Assembly: GCA_963704755.1 (NCBI GenBank)
Contig: OY969938.1
Coordinates: 3,030,001-3,062,000 of the forward strand
Reading direction: 5' to 3'
Length of the DNA stretch: 32,000 nt
DNA from: an uncultured Chloroflexia bacterium
GTDB taxonomy: Bacteria; Chloroflexota; Anaerolineae; Anaerolineales; Anaerolineaceae
A program made the translations under genes and the position numbers. This document shows, piece by piece, positions 31,333 to 32,000 of the stretch (the stretch's first letter is position 1; the number at the start of each line of letters is the position of its first letter). The notes beneath the pieces were generated by a model that worked only from the letters and a program-made list of their open reading frames with translations, searched no databases and was not told the DNA's origin.

Positions 31333-31712
31333 GGGGTGGGGGTAACCTCGGAAGTAGGAGTAAGCCCGGGGGTAGCGGTCCAGTTCTGCAAGGCCTGGAA
31401 AAGCTGGCCAAGGCGGTCGATATCCTGGTGCGAATAGCCCACCTGCTGGCCGGTCAAAATGGCCTGCTGTACCTGGCGTACGGGCGAGGTCTTTTCCAGC
31501 GCCGCCAGCCGTTCGGCCGCGGCAGCCGGGTCGCCCTCGCTCTGGTAGGTCTCGGCCACCATCAAGACGTAGTCGGCCTTGTAATCCGCGCGCAATGAAA
31601 CCGGGCTGGTATTCTGGTAGCGGGCCGGGCTGAACACCCAACCGTATAGCAGACCGGCACCCAGGCCGATCAGGATGGTGAAGACGAACCAGATGACACG
31701 GCGCAGGCGCAC
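31329..31712 (-). CDS. Small single-pass membrane protein, paralogous to the N-terminal module of the downstream gene
   Basis: GTG 31712 with AAGGA upstream. The module TM + SPARYQNTSPVSLRADYKADYVLMVAETYQSEGD aligns with SPIRYVDTSPASLSAQYKDSYRLLIAQAYQSDGD in the next gene. Confidence 0.65.
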   Translation of the reverse strand: MRLRRVIWFVFTILIGLGAGLLYGWVFSPARYQNTSPVSLRADYKADYVLMVAETYQSEGDPAAAAERLAALEKTSPVRQVQQAILTGQQVGYSHQDIDRLGQLFQALQNWTATPGLTPTSEVTPTP

Positions 31713-31718
31713 CGGGAC

Positions 31719-32000
31719 CTATCCTTTCAGCATCGGCATGCGGATGCCGTTGCGTTTGGCCGCGTCGATCGCTTCGGGGTAGCCGGCGTCGGCGTGGCGG
31801 ACGATGCCCAGGCCCGGGTCGGTGGTCAGCACCCGCTCCAGGCGTTTGGCAGCGGCCGGGCTGCCATCGGCCACAATGACCATACCGGCGTGCTGGCTGT
31901 AGCCAATGCCCACCCCGCCGCCGTGGTGGAAGGACACCCAGGTAGCCCCACCGGCGGCATTGATCAACGCGTTGAGGATCGGCCAATCCGAGACGGCATC
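31719..32000 (-). CDS. hutU: Urocanate hydratase, C-terminal part (continues beyond the window)
   Basis: [46 protein letters not shown] matches the conserved urocanase C-terminal region. The frame is open to base 32000. Confidence 0.88.
   Translation of the reverse strand, partial: DAVSDWPILNALINAAGGATWVSFHHGGGVGIGYSQHAGMVIVADGSPAAAKRLERVLTTDPGLGIVRHADAGYPEAIDAAKRNGIRMPMLKG

Noticed and set aside
30442-31986. Single 514-aa ORF spanning the two membrane-protein genes and the urocanase 3' end.
   Set aside because: Its first ~218 residues ([18 protein letters not shown]...) are out-of-frame read-through across 31329-31712 and hutU. The real start is the ATG at 31332, which overlaps the upstream stop codon.

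Overview
This is a 32-kb chromosomal window with mosaic base composition. Hand counts on single 60-nt lines range from about 42% to 80% GC. I see about 26 protein genes and one tRNA.

Gene order, left to right:
- The 3' part of a ChvE/GguAB-type sugar ABC operon. Its binding-protein gene carries a near-identical 1065-bp in-frame tandem duplication.
- An MDR quinone-oxidoreductase-like gene.
- tRNA-Asn(GTT) with a consensus promoter.
- A 2.1-kb segment (small lipoprotein plus type I GAPDH) closed by a 61-nt duplicate of the tRNA-Asn 3' part.
- An AT-rich decayed tract with an orphan PemK/YifN-like gene, a degraded SAM-methyltransferase and repeats.
- A glutathione peroxidase + OhrR pair.
- A phosphoesterase lipoprotein.
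- A GT-C membrane glycosyltransferase.
- PadR plus a membrane partner.
- A secreted PPC-domain protein.
- RNase J.
- A YeiH-type transporter divergent from a LysR regulator.
- Maf, a class B PBP, RsgA and methionine aminopeptidase.
- A 1.36-kb repeat-filled gene desert holding one 29-codon membrane-peptide ORF that is absent from the ORF track.
- An LCP (LytR-CpsA-Psr) protein.
- Two translationally coupled paralogous membrane proteins.
- The 3' end of urocanase.

I found no CRISPR array, integrase, transposase, phage genes or recognisable defence system.

The most unusual content is non-coding. There are at least four families of nested palindromic, MITE-like repeats, some with compensatory changes in the stem apex. 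Very long perfect hairpins sit at gene ends. Heptamer and 16-mer tandem repeats are also present.

Other points worth a second look are the fused duplicated binding protein, the tRNA-fragment-bounded segment, the small peptide with a 12-nt Shine-Dalgarno run, and a leaderless-type padR promoter.

Pro/Thr-rich tails on exported proteins and the repeat style suggest a Chloroflexota (Anaerolineae-like) genome. That is only a guess. All family assignments come from motif recognition by eye, with no database search.
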